From positions 23,362 through 87,361 of the forward strand of contig JAPLLW010000006.1 in the NCBI GenBank assembly GCA_026387355.1: 64,000 bases of DNA. Reading direction: 5' to 3'. The notes under the pieces are model-generated. The model searched no databases. It saw nothing but the letters and a program-made list of their open reading frames with translations, and was not told the DNA's origin. Source of the stretch: Candidatus Omnitrophota bacterium. Lineage in GTDB: Bacteria > Omnitrophota > Gorgyraeia > Gygaellales > Profunditerraquicolaceae. How positions within the stretch are numbered: the first letter of the stretch is position 1; every line of letters starts with the position of its first letter. Shown here piece after piece: positions 1-8,985 of the stretch. A program made the translations under genes and the position numbers.

Positions 1-2
1 CT

Positions 3-131
3 TATTTTAACTTAAATCGCCTTGAAGATGCGTATGGGCAATTTGAGCGGGCGTTAGACATTGACCCTAATTATAAGGAAGCGGAGAAATTCCTAAGACG
101 CATAGAAGGTACCCTTAATTACCAGCCGTAA
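3..131 (+). CDS. TPR-repeat protein, C-terminal fragment (runs off the 5' edge of the window)
   Basis: Frame 3 is open from the window edge to a TAA at 129-131. Translation ...RLEDAYGQFERALDIDPNYKEAEKFLRRIEG... has a TPR-like consensus (A..A...A..P). Confidence 0.4.
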   Translation, partial: YFNLNRLEDAYGQFERALDIDPNYKEAEKFLRRIEGTLNYQP

Positions 132-143
132 TATCTTTAAATA

Positions 144-1247
144 ATGCAAAAGAAAATAGTCATAATCGGAGCAGGGCCAGTGGGTTGTTATTTGGCTCAA
201 TTATTAAAGAGGCAGGGACTTAGCCCCATTCTTATAGAAGAACATGCGCAGGTGGGTAGGCCTGTACACTGCACTGGACTTGTTGGCAGTAGGCTCTTCG
301 AAGAGATAAAACATCTTACGCTTCCTAAAGATGTAATGGTTAATATTATCAACGGGGCTGTTATTTATTATAATAATCATAGTTTTACTTTAAAAAGGAA
401 AGCGGTTGCTTATGTTGTTGATCGAGAAAGATTTGATAAAGAACTAAGCCGGGATTTAAATATATACCACGAGCATAGATTTGTAGGTCTTGAGAGAGAA
501 AAAAACGAATATTTGGTTAGTACTGATCGCGGTGAATTCTACGCGGATATTGTAATTGGTGCGGATGGTGCTAATTCTGTCGTCAGGAAGCTTATTCGTC
601 AGGATGTAGGACTGAAGTATGGTAAAGGTCTACAGTTAAGGATGAGGATTAAGTCAAGGCATAATAATTTAGTAGAGGTATTTTTAATGAAAGGGTCTTT
701 CTTTTGGATTGTCCCGGAAGGCAAAGGAATTGTTCGAGTGGGGACAATATCCAACAATCCGCATAAGGACATATATGAGTTCTTAAGTTCGGCAGGAATT
801 AAGGGAGAGGTCATAGATAAATTTGGAGGACTAGTGACTACTGGTGTATGTAAGAATACAGTGCAGGATAATATTGTTTTGGTAGGGGGTGCCGCCTGTC
901 AACTTAAACCACTCTCTTATGGGGGAGTATATCTTGGTTTAAAAGCAGCAGATATCTTGGCTACTTGCATAAGAAATAACTCTCTTAATAAATATGATTT
1001 ACTTTGGAAGAAGGAGTTTTTGTCTGAGATAAAGATAGGCCTTAAAGCTAGTGACTTGTATAATCGCATGGACAATAAGGAGATCAACCTAGTTTTTAAT
1101 TTCTTAAAGAAACAAAAATCTTTTATTGAGAAATCAGGAGATTTTGAAAAGCATAGCAGTCTTTTGTTGCAGTTAATCAGAAACCCAGCTATTTATCCAC
1201 AATTGGGAAGTTTATTTAAGATCTTTCTAAAGGGGATCCTGTATTAG
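144..1247 (+). CDS. FAD-dependent oxidoreductase, geranylgeranyl-reductase family
   Basis: N-terminal Rossmann motif IVIIGAGPVGCYLA, a GADGANS motif, and 367 aa length are typical of the geranylgeranyl reductase / FixC-like family. Confidence 0.7.
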   Translation: MQKKIVIIGAGPVGCYLAQLLKRQGLSPILIEEHAQVGRPVHCTGLVGSRLFEEIKHLTLPKDVMVNIINGAVIYYNNHSFTLKRKAVAYVVDRERFDKELSRDLNIYHEHRFVGLEREKNEYLVSTDRGEFYADIVIGADGANSVVRKLIRQDVGLKYGKGLQLRMRIKSRHNNLVEVFLMKGSFFWIVPEGKGIVRVGTISNNPHKDIYEFLSSAGIKGEVIDKFGGLVTTGVCKNTVQDNIVLVGGAACQLKPLSYGGVYLGLKAADILATCIRNNSLNKYDLLWKKEFLSEIKIGLKASDLYNRMDNKEINLVFNFLKKQKSFIEKSGDFEKHSSLLLQLIRNPAIYPQLGSLFKIFLKGILY

Positions 1248-2568
1248 TTATATCCCGCCTCTTATCCATTACAAATACGCTTCCTTCGATTGCTTTAGCT
1301 TTCTTTTTGATTTCAGCAGCAATATTAGTTGCTTCAGCGTAGCTGGTTATATTGCGGTTTTCATTACTTACTCCAGCAAGAGAAATAGTCATAATCGGAA
1401 ATTGCTTAATCGAGTTATCTCTGGCATGCGCTATGATATACCCTTGTTTTAAATCTTCTTGATTATATAGGGAACGCACGCGTTTATCAAATTCGCTTAT
1501 AATTACATCAGTAACCTTTTGGGCTTTATCAGGCGTAGTTATAAGTATAAAATCGTCACCACCTTCGTGGCCAAGAAAATCATAGGAATTTCCTTGTGAT
1601 TGACAGGCTACTTTGAATACGTCAGCGGTAAGCTTAATTGCCTCGTCTCCTTTACCGATGCCGTATTTATCATTAAAAGCCTTAAAATTATCCAGATCAC
1701 AATATACAAGCGTGAATGTTTGCTGGTTTTGGATTCTTTTTTCAATTTCTTCCTGTATAATGATATTACCCGGTAGCTTTGTCAAGGGATTTGCGTTTTC
1801 CGCTCGTTCCTTCATTTTGATAAGTTGTAAGGTCATAAAATTAAATGTCTGGCCAAGCTCTTCAAGTTCATCTTTAGTGTTTATATTAATTCTTACAGTA
1901 AGATCGCCGTCAGCGATTATTTTGGTAACTTTGTTTAATACCATTATCGGTCCGACCACAGTTTTAGAGAGTATATAGCCAAAGATAATATTTGCCAGGA
2001 TAATAAGAATAATCGCCATAAATATGGGCTTGTAAACTGTGGCGAGCGCATCTTGTACGCTGGCGAAGGGAAAAGTAGATTTTGCTGCATAAGTCAGCGC
2101 TCCTTGCGGGTCTAATTTTATTGCTATGTATATATTGATTTCTTGTTTTTGTTTATCGATCTCCGCCAGAAACCACTTTCCTGTCTGCGAATATGATTTA
2201 AGTTTCTCCAGCGCGCTAAGACTTTTAAAAGTTACGCTTCCCCCTTTAAGGCTATCGTCAGTCGAGGCAACTATTGTGCCAAATTGGTCAAAAATTGTAG
2301 TATCTTTTATGATACCGAAATTTATTAATTGCACAAGGCTGCTCTGTATATAGGCGCTTACATCATTTGCAGGCACCTTTCTTATCACTGTCTCAAGGTT
2401 ATCTTTTAGTATTGCTGCTGAGAGATTCGCCTGGTAGGTATTGTAACGGTTAATGTTGGTGATCTGATTATTTATTTGGATAAAAGTAAATACACCGATA
2501 AAGAGGATGGAGGATATGACCATTAAGGTCGTAATGCGGTTCTGCAAAGTTAGCTTTAGTTCAGACAT
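1216..2568 (-). CDS. Membrane sensor diguanylate cyclase (two TM helices, periplasmic sensor region, HAMP, GGDEF domain with a GGDDF motif)
   Basis: GGDEF-domain hallmarks are present: YCDLDNFKAFND, and EGGDDF at the active-site position. An N-terminal TM helix and a second TM followed by a HAMP-like segment are visible. Confidence 0.75.
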   Translation of the reverse strand: MSELKLTLQNRITTLMVISSILFIGVFTFIQINNQITNINRYNTYQANLSAAILKDNLETVIRKVPANDVSAYIQSSLVQLINFGIIKDTTIFDQFGTIVASTDDSLKGGSVTFKSLSALEKLKSYSQTGKWFLAEIDKQKQEINIYIAIKLDPQGALTYAAKSTFPFASVQDALATVYKPIFMAIILIILANIIFGYILSKTVVGPIMVLNKVTKIIADGDLTVRININTKDELEELGQTFNFMTLQLIKMKERAENANPLTKLPGNIIIQEEIEKRIQNQQTFTLVYCDLDNFKAFNDKYGIGKGDEAIKLTADVFKVACQSQGNSYDFLGHEGGDDFILITTPDKAQKVTDVIISEFDKRVRSLYNQEDLKQGYIIAHARDNSIKQFPIMTISLAGVSNENRNITSYAEATNIAAEIKKKAKAIEGSVFVMDKRRDITNTGSPLERS

Positions 2569-2655
2569 GTTTTTAGTATATTATCAAGATTAGCTTGTGT
2601 CAAGGTCAAATTTCTGTTGCATTACTTAGGTAAAGTGATAAATTATACTATAACT

Positions 2656-3834
2656 ATGAATAAGAAATTCAGCGTAATTCTTATCGCTTTTTTTTGGGTA
2701 ACTTTATTTATAAGCCTAGATTTGGCATATAGTAAGAATCTACCCGCTTTATTGGTTTTTCATTCGCCATCCTGCCACAAATGCCTTCAGGTCGAAAAAG
2801 AAATTTTGCCGGGAATAGAAAAAGAATACAAAGGCAGAATCAAAATCGAATATTATGATATTACGGATATAAATAATTATACATTTCTACTTGGGCTTAG
2901 AGATAAATACAATAAGAATCTAGAACTTACCCTTCCGGTTTTCTTTGCCGCGGGTAATTTAATAAATAGCAAAGGTGACCTAAAAGTCAATCTTAGTTTG
3001 CTTATGGTTTCTATCTTAGGCAAGGTCAGCAAAGACGAAAGTTTGCCTGGGGTAGATCTAGTAAATCATTTTAACAGTTTCAAGCCTATTGCCATTGCAG
3101 GTTCAGGGCTTGCCGACGGTATTAACCCGTGCGCTTTTACAGTAATCGTTTTCTTTATCTCTTATTTAGCTTTACAGGGTTATAGAAAGAGAGAGCTTAT
3201 CGTTATTGGGACAACTTTTATAGCTGCGGTCTTCCTTACTTATCTTTTATTAGGTCTGGGTATTTTTAATTTTCTTTATCAGCTTGCTAATTTTTGGAGA
3301 GTGATCAAGATTTTTAACATTTTAATTGGTGCATTTAGCGTTGCATTAGGCCTATTGGCTATTTATGATTTCTTCCTCTTTAGGAAAACACAAGATGCGC
3401 AAGGTTTAATTTTGCAATTACCAAAGTCAGTAAAGAATCGCATCCATTCTGTAATCGGTTTATTCTATCGAAAGACAAAAGATTTTAGTTTTTCTAACGA
3501 GCTACGCGTATCGAATCTGCCAAAGTTAATAATCAGCGCATTTATTACTGGTTTTTTAGTCTCTATACTAGAGGCAGTATGCACAGGGCAACTTTATTTA
3601 CCGACGATAACATTTATCCTTAAGACCACCCCCTATAAATTTAAGGCCTTAATCTATCTGATAGTCTATAATATTATGTTTATTCTTCCGTTGTTTGTAA
3701 TATTTGTGCTTGCCTTATTCGGTGTTACTTCTGCACAATTTGCGAAATTCTTGGGAAAGCATATGCCAAAGATTAAGATCATTATGGCAATATTCTTCAT
3801 TAGTTTAGGTGTATTTTTAATTTGGAGGGCGTAA
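2656..3834 (+). CDS. Thioredoxin-like domain fused to a DsbD/CcdA-type transmembrane thiol:disulfide transfer domain
   Basis: N-terminal CHKC (CxxC) motif; a polytopic membrane domain with the GINPCAF motif typical of CcdA/DsbD; start moved to the ATG at 2656 (MNKKFSVILIAFF signal/TM). Confidence 0.6.
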   Translation: MNKKFSVILIAFFWVTLFISLDLAYSKNLPALLVFHSPSCHKCLQVEKEILPGIEKEYKGRIKIEYYDITDINNYTFLLGLRDKYNKNLELTLPVFFAAGNLINSKGDLKVNLSLLMVSILGKVSKDESLPGVDLVNHFNSFKPIAIAGSGLADGINPCAFTVIVFFISYLALQGYRKRELIVIGTTFIAAVFLTYLLLGLGIFNFLYQLANFWRVIKIFNILIGAFSVALGLLAIYDFFLFRKTQDAQGLILQLPKSVKNRIHSVIGLFYRKTKDFSFSNELRVSNLPKLIISAFITGFLVSILEAVCTGQLYLPTITFILKTTPYKFKALIYLIVYNIMFILPLFVIFVLALFGVTSAQFAKFLGKHMPKIKIIMAIFFISLGVFLIWRA

Positions 3835-3836
3835 GT

Positions 3837-4250
3837 ATGTTTAGGGTTTATTTGATGATTATCCTGGGTATGCTGATTTTTACGGGTTGCAATACATTAA
3901 AAGCTGAGAAGACGACTTCCGTTGAAAAGGCTCAAGGTAGTGTAGTTTCTAGCCCGTATCTTTGGGATTTTGGCCGTGTTAAACAGGGCGAGGTTCTAAA
4001 GCACGATTTTGTTTTTAGAAATGAATCAAAGATTTTATTAAATATTAAAGATGCGGTTTCTTCCTGCGGGTGTACTGTTTCAGAGGCTGGGAAGAAAGTA
4101 CTTTTGCCGGGGGAGAGCACCTTAATTAAAGTAAAATTTGACCCCGCCGGTTATTTAGGGTCAGTGCAGCAGTTTATTTATGTGAATACGGATAGTCTTG
4201 AGAATCCGGTAATCAAATTTATAATTAAAGCTGAAGTTAGTAGGCAATAA
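3837..4250 (+). CDS. DUF1573-family lipoprotein
   Basis: RBS GGAGGG upstream of the ATG at 3837; signal peptide with lipobox (LIFTGC); conserved SSCGCT motif characteristic of DUF1573; the 3-nt gap to the upstream gene suggests co-transcription. Confidence 0.55.
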   Translation: MFRVYLMIILGMLIFTGCNTLKAEKTTSVEKAQGSVVSSPYLWDFGRVKQGEVLKHDFVFRNESKILLNIKDAVSSCGCTVSEAGKKVLLPGESTLIKVKFDPAGYLGSVQQFIYVNTDSLENPVIKFIIKAEVSRQ

Positions 4251-4270
4251 ATAAAGGAGGTAGGTTTAAA

Positions 4271-5233
4271 ATGTGGTCTTTACAATTAAGAATGTGGTTA
4301 CTGTTGACAATTTTATTTGGTTTTATCTATGCGCTGGTAGTAGTTGTAGGAAAGACATTTCTGCACGTAGGCGATTTTAGCTTTTACTTAATCATATCGC
4401 TGGTCTTAATGTTTATCCAATACATGATCGGTCCCAAGATTGTAGAGTGGACTATGCATGTTAAGTATATTAAGAAAAGCGATAATCCCAGATTATTCCA
4501 GATGGTTGAGAGTCTAGCTATGCAGGCAAATATTCCTGTTCCTAAGATTGGTATTGCCCAGATCGATATTCCTAATGCCTTTGCTTTTGGTAGAAGCATA
4601 GGGGACGGAAGAGTCTGCGTTACACAAGGGATTTTAAACTTGCTTAGCGACGATGAATTGAGGGCAGTTTTAGGCCATGAATTAAGTCATCTAAGGAACA
4701 GGGATGTATTAACTATTACCCTTTTATCTGTTATACCAATGATTATGTATAGAATCGCTTGGCAGTTTCTTTTTTATGGCCGTAGGCGCGATGAAAGAGG
4801 AGGGAATACTATTTTAATTGGCCTGGCAGCTTTTATTTTTTACTTTATCACTAATCTTTTGGTGCTTTATGCCTCGCGCATTCGCGAATATTTTGCAGAT
4901 AAGGGTTCGGTGGCGTTAGGGAACAAGCCTTCAGCGCTTGCTTCTAGTCTTTATAAGCTTGTTTATGGTTCTGCGCGTATGAGCCCGGAATCCCTCAAGC
5001 AGACTGAAGGCTTAAAGGCATTTTTTGTTAATGATCCATCTCAAGCAAAAAAGGAGATATGCGATTTAGCTCAACTTGATCTAGATAAAAGCGGCACAAT
5101 CGATCCTTCGGAATTAGAGCTTTTAAGAAATAAAAGCGTACACTTAGGATTAGGTGATAAGTTGATGGAGTTGTTAAGTACGCATCCCAATATGCTAAAG
5201 CGTATCAAGAGGCTCTCGGAATACAAAATTTAA
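4271..5233 (+). CDS. htpX: HtpX-like M48 zinc metalloprotease (membrane) with a C-terminal EF-hand-like insertion
   Basis: HELSHLRNRD (HExxH zinc-binding motif) and an EYFADKGS third-ligand region, with four TM segments. The loop DLDKSGTIDPSE matches the canonical 12-residue EF-hand Ca-binding loop (D1, D3, S5, G6, I8, E12). Confidence 0.75.
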   Translation: MWSLQLRMWLLLTILFGFIYALVVVVGKTFLHVGDFSFYLIISLVLMFIQYMIGPKIVEWTMHVKYIKKSDNPRLFQMVESLAMQANIPVPKIGIAQIDIPNAFAFGRSIGDGRVCVTQGILNLLSDDELRAVLGHELSHLRNRDVLTITLLSVIPMIMYRIAWQFLFYGRRRDERGGNTILIGLAAFIFYFITNLLVLYASRIREYFADKGSVALGNKPSALASSLYKLVYGSARMSPESLKQTEGLKAFFVNDPSQAKKEICDLAQLDLDKSGTIDPSELELLRNKSVHLGLGDKLMELLSTHPNMLKRIKRLSEYKI

Positions 5234-5247
5234 GTTCACGCTTTCTT

Positions 5248-6036
5248 CTACGTCTTAAATCTTACATAGATATCGCCGAATAATACATTGTTTTCCCTGT
5301 ATGTCATAAGCAATTCTATTGCCTCGTCTGGATTATCTAGCCAATCACGAAGTTCTAGCGCCATTGATTCTTTCAGAGAGTAATTCAGCTGAAATTTGCC
5401 TAAAGTTGCAAGATATTTTATGCATTTTATCGTTGATTCAATATATTCGGGAGTAAACTCAAAAGAAATTAAAGGCGTAGGTTTTGTTAAGCCTCTTAAA
5501 ACCTCATATTCATACCCTTCAACATCAATCTTTATGAATGAAGGAGTCCCATATTTGTTTATTAAGTAATCCAGGGTAATTATTGAAATCGGTTGTTTCT
5601 TATCCCAATTTTGGTTCGGGAATCGGCCGCTCTTCTTAACTTTCTCAATCCATTCATTAGATAAAGAAGAGAGAAGGCGGGAGCTACATATGCATATTTC
5701 ACCCTTGCCCGTTTTTTCTCCAAGAGCTGCTTTAATTATTTTTACATTACGTACGCCCAAAAAACTAACTTTTAGGAAATTAATACATAAATCTTGAGGT
5801 TCAACAGCTATCACAGTTGCGCTCAGATAGGAAAATATTTTTGTTCTGTTGCCTAAATTTGCTCCAATATCAAAAGTAAGGTCGCCTCGTTTAATAAATT
5901 CAGAGTAGAACTCGACCATTTTCTTGTCTTGTTTATTAAAGCGATATGTCGAAAGTCTTATTTTACAAATTCTTAGTAAGTTATATAAAGAAAGCCACTT
6001 GATAATTATTACCGCTAACCGTATAAGTTTTTTCAT
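5248..6036 (-). CDS. FkbM-family methyltransferase
   Basis: FDIGANLGNRT and IAVEPQ motifs and the overall 262-aa architecture match FkbM-family SAM-dependent methyltransferases. Confidence 0.7.
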   Translation of the reverse strand: MKKLIRLAVIIIKWLSLYNLLRICKIRLSTYRFNKQDKKMVEFYSEFIKRGDLTFDIGANLGNRTKIFSYLSATVIAVEPQDLCINFLKVSFLGVRNVKIIKAALGEKTGKGEICICSSRLLSSLSNEWIEKVKKSGRFPNQNWDKKQPISIITLDYLINKYGTPSFIKIDVEGYEYEVLRGLTKPTPLISFEFTPEYIESTIKCIKYLATLGKFQLNYSLKESMALELRDWLDNPDEAIELLMTYRENNVLFGDIYVRFKT

Positions 6037-6178
6037 ATAAATATGTTTAAACTCGCTATATTCAGAAAATCTATATTAACTAAATTTAATACTTTCAGTA
6101 TATCATAGGTGTATTTATTAGCAAGTTTATTCCAAAAATATTAGAAACGTGGGTAAGAATAGGGGGTTGGGTTAAAAA

Positions 6179-6208
6179 TGGAGGGTCAGAATTAATTCTG
6201 ACCCTCCA
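6179..6208. promoter_or_regulatory. Perfect 30-bp palindrome (15+15, TGGAGGGTCAGAATT|AATTCTGACCCTCCA) in the divergent FkbM/lysS intergenic region
   Basis: Read directly from the sequence. Both strands have a T-run after the stem, so it could be a bidirectional terminator or insulator hairpin, or a dimeric-regulator operator. Confidence 0.4.
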
Positions 6209-6223
6209 TTTCCCTTTCTTTAA

Positions 6224-6252
6224 TTGACATAACCCTAATTCTACTATATAAT
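6224..6252 (+). promoter_or_regulatory. Consensus sigma70-type promoter (TTGACA-17-TATAAT) ending 9 nt before the lysS ATG
   Basis: TTGACA at 6224-6229, a 17-nt spacer, TATAAT at 6247-6252; the ATG at 6262 has no SD, which implies a leaderless or near-leaderless mRNA. Confidence 0.45.
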
Positions 6253-6261
6253 TATAAAACT

Positions 6262-7707
6262 ATGGAATTAAACGAACTAATAGAACAAAGAAAGGCCAAG
6301 GCACAAGCGCTTAAGGAAAAAGGTGTAACTTTGTATCCTTCTAAGACTGCTGCTCATGTTGCCATAGGTCAGGTTTTGGTTGATTTTCAGGAGGGTAAAA
6401 AGGCAACTTTTTGCGGAAGGATTATCGCTAAGCGTTCGCATGGAAAAGCTGCTTTTATGGATTTAAGGGATTCAACCGGTAAGATCCAGCTTTACCTTAA
6501 GCAGGATATGGTTCCGGAAGAGTCATTTCTTGTCTTTTCGAATATTGATATTGCTGATTTTGTTCAGGCAGAAGGAGAGCTTTTTAAGACACATACTGGG
6601 GAGCCTACCTTAAAAGTAGAGAAGCTATTTCTTCTCTCTAAAACCCTCAGACCCTTACCTGAGAAGTGGCATGGTTTGCGTGATGTCGATATCCGTTATC
6701 GACAGCGCTACCTTGATTTGATTTCAAATGAAGAGGTGGGTAAGGTTTTTAAGGCTCGTTCAAAGATTATTAGCTTGACTAGAGATTTCTTTGAGCAGAG
6801 GGATTTTCTAGAGGTTGAGACGCCAATGATGCATTCTATCGCCGGAGGAGCTGCCGGTAGGCCTTTTAAAACACATCATAATGAATATAGTATGGATTTA
6901 TTTTTAAGAATTGCGCCTGAGTTATATCTAAAGCGACTTTTAGTCGCAGGTATTGACCGGGTTTACGAAATAAATCGATCTTTCCGTAACGAAGGCATCT
7001 CTACTCGGCATAATCCGGAATTTACTATGCTTGAGGTTTATCAGGCTTATTCTGATTATGAAGGTATGATGCATTTGGTAGAGAGTTTAATTGTTTCGTT
7101 AGTGCAGGAGATGCACGGAAAAACAATTATAAGTTATCAGGGTAAATTTATAGACTTTACTCCTCCATGGAAGAGGGTCTCTTTTGCGGATTTGGTAAAA
7201 GATAAGTTTGGGATCCTGCCTTCTGATAATGAATTTACCATGCTTAATAAGCTTAAAGAAAAAGGTTTTGCTAAAGAAGTAAATAGGCTCTCCCGAACCC
7301 AGATCGCCAAGATTATTGAAGAGGTTTTAGAGGGTACGATGGGCTTGAATCCTACCTTTGTAACGGATTATTTCACCAGCATGTGTCCTTTAGCTAAAAC
7401 AAAGATTGATGAGCCTTTGATTTCAGAGAGATTTGAACTTTTCATTGCCGGTCTTGAGGTGGGGAATGCTTATTCAGAGTTAAATGATCCTACTGAGCAG
7501 AGGAAGCGCTTTAGCGAGGAGATTAATGAGCTTACTCCTGACGAAAAGAAGAGTATTGATGATGATTATATATTAGCATTAGAGCACGGGATGCCTCCGG
7601 CAGGAGGCCTCGGCATTGGGATAGACAGGCTTGTGATGCTGCTAACTGACCAGGCCTCAATTAGAGACGTTATTTTATTCCCACTTTTGAGGTCGGAACA
7701 AGAATAA
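6262..7707 (+). CDS. lysS: Lysine--tRNA ligase (class II)
   Basis: 481 aa; N-terminal OB-fold region and class II motifs (FRNEG, GLGIGIDRLVM); strongly conserved throughout. Confidence 0.95.
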   Translation: MELNELIEQRKAKAQALKEKGVTLYPSKTAAHVAIGQVLVDFQEGKKATFCGRIIAKRSHGKAAFMDLRDSTGKIQLYLKQDMVPEESFLVFSNIDIADFVQAEGELFKTHTGEPTLKVEKLFLLSKTLRPLPEKWHGLRDVDIRYRQRYLDLISNEEVGKVFKARSKIISLTRDFFEQRDFLEVETPMMHSIAGGAAGRPFKTHHNEYSMDLFLRIAPELYLKRLLVAGIDRVYEINRSFRNEGISTRHNPEFTMLEVYQAYSDYEGMMHLVESLIVSLVQEMHGKTIISYQGKFIDFTPPWKRVSFADLVKDKFGILPSDNEFTMLNKLKEKGFAKEVNRLSRTQIAKIIEEVLEGTMGLNPTFVTDYFTSMCPLAKTKIDEPLISERFELFIAGLEVGNAYSELNDPTEQRKRFSEEINELTPDEKKSIDDDYILALEHGMPPAGGLGIGIDRLVMLLTDQASIRDVILFPLLRSEQE

Positions 7708-7713
7708 TATGAA

Positions 7714-7786
7714 CCCCGCCCCTGCTTATAATTCAGGCATTAAAGGCGTACGGTTTAATGAATTAATTAAAAAGGCAGGGGCGGGG
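7714..7786 (+). promoter_or_regulatory. 12-bp GC-rich inverted repeat (CCCCGCCCCTGC ... GCAGGGGCGGGG) separated by 49 nt, between lysS and the Lol permease gene
   Basis: Seen directly in the sequence. The right arm abuts or overlaps the permease start region; the loop contains a TATAAT-like hexamer. Confidence 0.35.
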
Positions 7787-7800
7787 TGAATACCGAATTA

Positions 7801-8976
7801 ATGATTAGCTGGCGATACCTAGCGACCAAGAGAAAAGAAAAATTTATCTCTCTAATTAGCGTAATTTCTATTTTTGGGATAGCGATAGGAGTTATGGCCT
7901 TAATTGTGGTTATTGCGGTTATGACTGGTTTTGATAAAGATCTGCACGATAAGATTGTGGGAAATTATTCACATATAACATTGAGTAGTTATAAGGCTAT
8001 AGATAATAATGAGTTTGAGGATATAGCCAAAACGATCTCCTTAAATAAGCATGTAATAGGGGTTAGTCCTTATCTCCAAGGCCAAGTTTTAGTTAAAGAG
8101 GGAAACAAATTCTTTGCAGTTGGCTTAAAAGGGGTAGACCCAACCTTAGAAACCAAGGTCACCAAGGTGAAAGATTATATCGTGCAAGGGAGTATTGCTA
8201 ATTTAAGTTCAGATGGAATTATAATCGGAAAAGAGCTGGCTAATTATTTAGGGATAGGTTTAAATTCTAACCTTAGCCTTAATTCGGCCTCGGGTAAACA
8301 ATATAATCTAAAAGTAGTCGGGATTTTTAACTCTGGCATGTACGAGTATGATCTTAACTTGATTTTTACGCATTTAAAAAATGCTCAAACTATCTTTGGC
8401 CTGCCTAATCAGATAAGCGCAGTTGCAATAAAGCTGGATAACCCGGATCTGGTTAATTCTGTTAAGCTGGACCTTTCAAACCGGCTTGGTTTTAATTATA
8501 ATTTCAAGACTTGGATGGAGGCGAATCAGAATTTCTTTGCTGCGTTAAAGCTAGAAAAGTTGACGATGTTTATAATTTTGGCATTAATTATATTGGTTGC
8601 ATCGTTTAATATTATCAGTACTTTGATTGTTATGGTTGTAGAGAAGACTAAGGATATCGGGATACTTAAGGCGCTTGGTATGAGCTCTGCCGGTATTAGA
8701 AGGGTGTTTACTTATCAGGGTCTGACTATCGGGATGCTCGGTATATTCCTGGGCGGGTTAAGCGGATTTACTATTTGTACTTTGCTCAAAAAATATCAGT
8801 TTATAAAATTACCGCAGGATATATATTATATTGATCGGCTTCCGGTAGCCATCCAGTTTTGGCCGGATATAGTTTTAATTATCGCATGCGCCATGGTTAT
8901 TGTCCTAGCTTCTACCATATACCCTGCGATGAGGGCATCTAGACTTAAGCCGGTGGAAGCGCTTAGATACGAATAG
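7801..8976 (+). CDS. lolE: Lipoprotein-release ABC transporter permease, LolC/E (single-permease) type, FtsX-like
   Basis: The N-terminus (MISWRYLATKRKEKF) and a large periplasmic loop match LolC/E and MacB; the ORF track opens at a GTG at 7786, so an alternative start is 7786. Confidence 0.85.
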   Translation: MISWRYLATKRKEKFISLISVISIFGIAIGVMALIVVIAVMTGFDKDLHDKIVGNYSHITLSSYKAIDNNEFEDIAKTISLNKHVIGVSPYLQGQVLVKEGNKFFAVGLKGVDPTLETKVTKVKDYIVQGSIANLSSDGIIIGKELANYLGIGLNSNLSLNSASGKQYNLKVVGIFNSGMYEYDLNLIFTHLKNAQTIFGLPNQISAVAIKLDNPDLVNSVKLDLSNRLGFNYNFKTWMEANQNFFAALKLEKLTMFIILALIILVASFNIISTLIVMVVEKTKDIGILKALGMSSAGIRRVFTYQGLTIGMLGIFLGGLSGFTICTLLKKYQFIKLPQDIYYIDRLPVAIQFWPDIVLIIACAMVIVLASTIYPAMRASRLKPVEALRYE

Positions 8977-8985
8977 AGGAAACAT

